From Planctomycetales bacterium (GTDB taxonomy: Bacteria > 4484-113), in the NCBI GenBank assembly GCA_037445915.1, contig JBBIJQ010000064.1:1-10690 (forward strand): a stretch of 10,690 nucleotides of DNA, in the 5' to 3' direction. Of this stretch, positions 7,127 through 10,690 are shown piece after piece. The position numbers and the translations under genes are program-made. The stretch's first letter is position 1. Each line of letters starts with the position of its first letter. The notes below the pieces were generated by a model. That model had not been told where the DNA came from, did not search any database, and worked only from the letters and a program-made list of their open reading frames with translations.

Positions 7127-8017
7127 GTGAAAAAACAAGCGATACATGTCTTGATTACGACCATGCTTTTAGCCGCCTCTGCCTCTGCCTCTGTCTCTGT
7201 TTCAGCAAATGTGCAAGACAATGCTATCAGGGTATCCGGGACTGGCTCAGATGTAAGTTTGCTCGGCCTTGAACTGGCTGTCTATAAGATGGAAGTTGAT
7301 AGGTTCATTGCTGTTGAAGGACTTGCTCCTGCGGATGAGAAAGATCTCATACAGAATGGATACCTGTTCTTTCTCCCGGCTCTAACAGCAGTAAAGTGGG
7401 AGCAATCCGACGGCCTGCTTACACTCTCAACCGTAGATGCCAGCGTCCAAATCCCGTTACCCGGGTCGGAAGTCTATAAGCAGCGGCAAAAAGCGCTGAA
7501 AGAAACCACGCTTTCCGCAGCACACAGCTTCAGGCGAATGGCGGATGTCACGCCTGAAGATGTGGAAAAAGGGCTGGTCTCGCTGGACGAATGGCAGACG
7601 CTGAAAGCTTATTCTGAGAGCAATGAGGAATGGCGGCAGTTATGCTGGGCACGCTCGCTGGCAACAACAATCGCACACGCTGTTCAGGCTTACCGGCTGC
7701 AAAACCCGCACAATCCCGAGTATCCTACGCTAGAGGAATTGCTGGAGTTTGCAGGCAAAGTGAATCCGGCGGCATGGAATTCACCGCTAACCGGTTACTA
7801 CATGAAGCTTCAGCCCTATCAGTCAACGATGGACCCGTATTACTTGGGCGGCGGCGATAGCTGGGAGCTAACCGTGCCTCTGTTCGGCGCAGGCGGTAAT
7901 AAGCCTAACGCACATTCGTTCTTTTTTACGGGTAAGCATTTCAAGCCCGGTGAGTATATACGCGTAGGTTACGGGCCTGGCACTTACCGCATCGGCGGAG
8001 TGCTCATGTCTTATTGA
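7127..8017 (+). CDS. Hypothetical secreted protein with two pseudopilin (GspG/ComGC)-like motifs
   Basis: GTG 7127 preceded by GAGGTG (7116-7121); MKKQAIHVLITTMLLAASASA is a Sec/SPI-type signal; 296 aa. Motifs VDRFIAVEGLAPADEKDLIQNGYL and AVQAYRLQNPHNPEYPTLEELL...NSPLTG. The ORF is well supported; the domain call is tentative. Confidence 0.72.
   Translation: MKKQAIHVLITTMLLAASASASVSVSANVQDNAIRVSGTGSDVSLLGLELAVYKMEVDRFIAVEGLAPADEKDLIQNGYLFFLPALTAVKWEQSDGLLTLSTVDASVQIPLPGSEVYKQRQKALKETTLSAAHSFRRMADVTPEDVEKGLVSLDEWQTLKAYSESNEEWRQLCWARSLATTIAHAVQAYRLQNPHNPEYPTLEELLEFAGKVNPAAWNSPLTGYYMKLQPYQSTMDPYYLGGGDSWELTVPLFGAGGNKPNAHSFFFTGKHFKPGEYIRVGYGPGTYRIGGVLMSY
7175..7204 (+). repeat. In-frame hexamer tandem repeat (GCCTCT)3-GTCTCT-GTTTCA encoding ASASASVSVS
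   Basis: Read directly from the sequence; spans the likely signal-peptidase cleavage region. Confidence 0.8.
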
Positions 8018-8111
8018 GAAAGGGGACAAGGGCGTTTCCCGATATGCTTGTAAGCAAAGGTAGCCCATCAAGTTTGAGCGCGAAATTACTAGATGCTTGA
8101 AACTCTAGCTC

Positions 8112-8990
8112 TTATTGCGCGTCCATTCCAAGCGCAGCTGCCAGCTTTCTGATTTCCACCATGCACGCGTGAAATTCATCAATCGTGAGCGACTGCTTCC
8201 CATCGGAAAGCGCGGCTGACGGTTCGGGGTGAACCTCCACCAGCGCGCCGTCTGCGCCTAAGGCCAGAGCAGCCTTCACCGCGTCGCAAATAAACTGCGG
8301 GCGGCCGACGGAATGGCTGGGGTCAATGATGACCGGCAGGTGCGTCACGCTCTTGAGGATAGGCACAGCCATTAAGTCAAGCGTGTTTCGCTGTGCAGGG
8401 TCAAAGGTGCGGATGCCGCGCTCGCAGAGAATGACTTGCGTGTTGCCTTCGGACATCACGTGCTCCGCCGCCATGACCAGCTCGTGCAGAGTGTTGCCGA
8501 AACCGCGCTTTAGCAGCACGGGCTTTGCCTGTTTACCTGCGGCATGAAGCAGCGGGAAGTTCTGCATGTTGCGGCTGCCGAGCTGGATAATGTCTGCTAC
8601 CGCGCTAACCGCATCCATTTCGTCAATGGACATAAGTTCAGTCACGCTGAGGATGCCGTATTCCGCCTTCACGCGCGCGATGATGTCCAGCCCTTCCTGG
8701 CGCAAGCCCTGGAAAGAGTAGGGGGAGGTTCGCGGCTTGAAAGCGCCGCCGCGCATAAAGTGCAAACCTTCAGATGAAACGGCCTTGGCGGCTTCTCGGA
8801 CTTGCTCGTAGGTTTCAATGGCGCATGGGCCTGCAATGATGGTGAACGCGCCTTCGCCGATGGACAAGCCGCCGGCCTGGATGGTCGTAGAGTGGGCAGT
8901 ATCGTGCCTGCCAGCGAGCGGGTAATCACGGGGGTTCAGCATCCCGTCAAGCAGTGGGGAGTAACGGCACTGGTGTTCACCTAAATCCAT
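8112..8990 (-). CDS. aroF: 3-deoxy-7-phosphoheptulonate (DAHP) synthase, type I-beta
   Basis: IAGPCAIE, RGGAFKPRTSPYSFQG, LLKRG, CERGIRTF, RNTLDL, IDPSH, VEVHPEP..ALSDG; KPRTS marks DAHP synthase rather than KDO8P synthase (KANRS); next to aroB and aroK. Confidence 0.93.
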   Translation of the reverse strand: MDLGEHQCRYSPLLDGMLNPRDYPLAGRHDTAHSTTIQAGGLSIGEGAFTIIAGPCAIETYEQVREAAKAVSSEGLHFMRGGAFKPRTSPYSFQGLRQEGLDIIARVKAEYGILSVTELMSIDEMDAVSAVADIIQLGSRNMQNFPLLHAAGKQAKPVLLKRGFGNTLHELVMAAEHVMSEGNTQVILCERGIRTFDPAQRNTLDLMAVPILKSVTHLPVIIDPSHSVGRPQFICDAVKAALALGADGALVEVHPEPSAALSDGKQSLTIDEFHACMVEIRKLAAALGMDAQ

Positions 8991-9014
8991 GACAGGCCGT
9001 ATCTTAGCACACGC

Positions 9015-10151
9015 TTAGGACTCGAACACGCGAAGCACGGCGGCCGTGAAGGTTTCCATGCCAACCTGCACTAGTTCAACCTTCCCCGGTGCGCGGGGAA
9101 GCACGAACACAACGCGGCCTTGCGTGACTTTCTTGTCGGTTCCGATGGTTCCCCAAAGTAATTGCGCCAAGTGCGTCGGGTCGGTTACCTGCTGCAATTG
9201 GAAACCGCATGCGGCGAGCGCGTCAGCGAGCGCTACTTCCGTCCCTTTGGCCAGCATTCCAAGTTCGCGCGAGATCTCCAGCGCAATGAGCATCCCGCTT
9301 GCTACGGCATCGCCGTGCGCGACGCGCCCGCCGTAATTCGCTTCTATGGAATGGCCTGCGGTGTGGCCGAAGTTTAGGTGCTGGCGCTTGCCATGGTCGT
9401 ACATGTCGTCGCTGATGTATGAGGACTTAATTCGCAGTGCCTGTTGCACAGATTTCTCGGTTGCTTCCTTGTCCCCGTCCAAGACTTTTGGGATATTGCC
9501 GGTAAGGGCGTCAAGTTCCTTCGGCCCGGCGAGGAACGCCATTTTTACCGCTTCTATCAGGCCGTTGCGCAGGTGCTCTTCCCCGAGCGTGTCCATGAAC
9601 GCGAAGTCCAACACTGTGAGGGAAGGCAGGTAGAACGAGCCGACCTGATTCTTGTTGCCCAGGAAATTCACGCCGTTCTTCCCGCCAAGAGTCGCATCCA
9701 TCATCGCGAGCAGCGTCGTGGGAAAATGCACTATCGGCAGCCCTCGGTGGAACACGCTGGCGATGAAGCCTGCGGTATCAAGCAGGCTGCCGCCGCCGAT
9801 GGCGGCGATGTAGTTGTCGTTGCGCGTAGCGCCCATTCTCGCCAGCGAACGCAGCGTGGTCTCAACCGTCGGCAGCGTCTTTGACGCTTCCCCGATGGGG
9901 AGCAGCAATTGCTGCGTGTCGGCGAGAAACGGCGCGGCGTTTACGGCTTCAGCCCAAAGAGAATGGACGCGCTTGTCTATCAGGAGCACGGGAACTCGCC
10001 CGCCGAGCACCTTGGCAGCATTTGGCGCGGCAGCCTCTATCACTTTCATGGTGAGCTTGGAAAGTGGCGAGGCGATGACTTCCTGAGTCTTCGTGATCGT
10101 GCTCGTAACGCTAAGCACGTTAGCAGATTTTCCGCTAGCTTTTAAAGGCAT
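9015..10151 (-). CDS. aroB: 3-dehydroquinate synthase
   Basis: GEASKT, AIGGGSLLDTAGF, PTTLLAMMDATLGGKNGVN, KNQVGSF, EAVK, LNFGHTAGHSIE, HGDAVASGM, DKK. ATG 10151 overlaps the aroK end by 17 nt; exact start uncertain. Confidence 0.93.
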   Translation of the reverse strand: MPLKASGKSANVLSVTSTITKTQEVIASPLSKLTMKVIEAAAPNAAKVLGGRVPVLLIDKRVHSLWAEAVNAAPFLADTQQLLLPIGEASKTLPTVETTLRSLARMGATRNDNYIAAIGGGSLLDTAGFIASVFHRGLPIVHFPTTLLAMMDATLGGKNGVNFLGNKNQVGSFYLPSLTVLDFAFMDTLGEEHLRNGLIEAVKMAFLAGPKELDALTGNIPKVLDGDKEATEKSVQQALRIKSSYISDDMYDHGKRQHLNFGHTAGHSIEANYGGRVAHGDAVASGMLIALEISRELGMLAKGTEVALADALAACGFQLQQVTDPTHLAQLLWGTIGTDKKVTQGRVVFVLPRAPGKVELVQVGMETFTAAVLRVFES

Positions 10152-10668
10152 GTAATATCACTCTTGCGATGGCTTTAGACGTCAATCCGTTCGCGCTCAC
10201 AACCAGTTCGGCATCGCGGTAGCGCTGTTCCCGCTTAGCAAAAAGCTCACGTAGCCCATTCATCCCATACTGCCGGACTAGGGGCCGCATTCGGCTTGTC
10301 TTGGAAATCCTTTCCCAAAGAGCCTCGTACGGCCACTCAAGATATACAATAAACCCGAAAACCTTCAGTTCGTCAAGGGCTTTCCCGTTAAAAGGAAGGC
10401 CTCCACCTGTAGCGATGACCAGCTTTCGCTGCATCGCCAGCTCGCGCGCCACACTAAGCTCAAGTTCGCGGAAGCGCTCTTCGCCGAATCGTTCAAAGAT
10501 GGCTGAGATGCTCATCCTTGCAGCGCGGGCGGCGAGGATGTCCGTGTCGGTGAACTGCCTGCGCATGTTTCTGGCCAGGATTCGCCCTACTTCCGTCTTG
10601 CCGGCGCCCATGAATCCCGTGAGCACGATGTTCCGCTCCGGGCTTGTGCATCCTTCGCCATCAAACAT
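10135..10668 (-). CDS. aroK: Shikimate kinase
   Basis: Walker A TGFMGAGKT, DTD, IFERFGEERFRELE, IATGGG, RPL, R...Y; 177 aa. Confidence 0.95.
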   Translation of the reverse strand: MFDGEGCTSPERNIVLTGFMGAGKTEVGRILARNMRRQFTDTDILAARAARMSISAIFERFGEERFRELELSVARELAMQRKLVIATGGGLPFNGKALDELKVFGFIVYLEWPYEALWERISKTSRMRPLVRQYGMNGLRELFAKREQRYRDAELVVSANGLTSKAIARVILHAFKS

Positions 10669-10682
10669 GCGCGCTGATTATA
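10669..10682 (-). promoter_or_regulatory. -10 box for a probably leaderless aroK transcript
   Basis: TATAAT (10682-10677) 8 nt before ATG 10668, no SD. The -35 region lies outside the window. Confidence 0.55.
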
Positions 10683-10690
10683 CCCTATGC

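Noticed and set aside
8018..8111. Bidirectional intrinsic terminator between the convergent genes
   Set aside because: Only short weak palindromes (TGCTTgtAAGCA, CTAGA...TCTAG) and no GC-rich stem with a U-tract.
6721..8112. AGAGCTAG (6721-6728) and CTAGCTCT (8105-8112) as terminal inverted repeats of a mobile element
   Set aside because: Only 8 bp match perfectly, extension needs gaps, and no target-site duplication or transposase/integrase is visible; compatible with chance.
8165..8178. CACGCGTGAAA as a parS site
   Set aside because: Resembles only half of TGTTTCACGTGAAACA, has the wrong centre, and lies within the DAHP synthase coding sequence.

Overview
Bacterial chromosomal window, roughly 55-60% GC by eye, standard genetic code. 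Left to right it holds: (1) a disrupted gene (minus strand, 811 to <1) for a probable lipoprotein with a paired dockerin/EF-hand-like motif inside an FnIII-like domain, carrying a 1-nt deletion in a G5 run and an in-frame TGA, so the ORF track shows only its first part; (2) a tldD-tldE(pmbA) metalloprotease pair; (3) a 448-aa coiled-coil/TPR-like hypothetical protein; (4) divergently, a sequence-divergent rsmG (gidB) translationally coupled to parA/soj, with no parB after parA and no mnmG before rsmG; (5) in the usual parB position, an unknown two-gene unit with its own near-consensus promoter, encoding a 118-aa protein with 10 Cys and a secreted ~296-aa protein with two GspG/ComGC pseudopilin-like motifs but no prepilin leader; (6) a convergent shikimate-pathway cluster aroK-aroB-DAHP synthase. 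Four genes look leaderless (-10 box 6-10 nt before ATG, no Shine-Dalgarno). No rRNA, tRNA, CRISPR array or transposase was seen. The best candidate for an undescribed system is the Cys-rich protein plus tandem pseudopilin-like protein at 6691-8017; this is pattern recognition only and needs database and structure checks.
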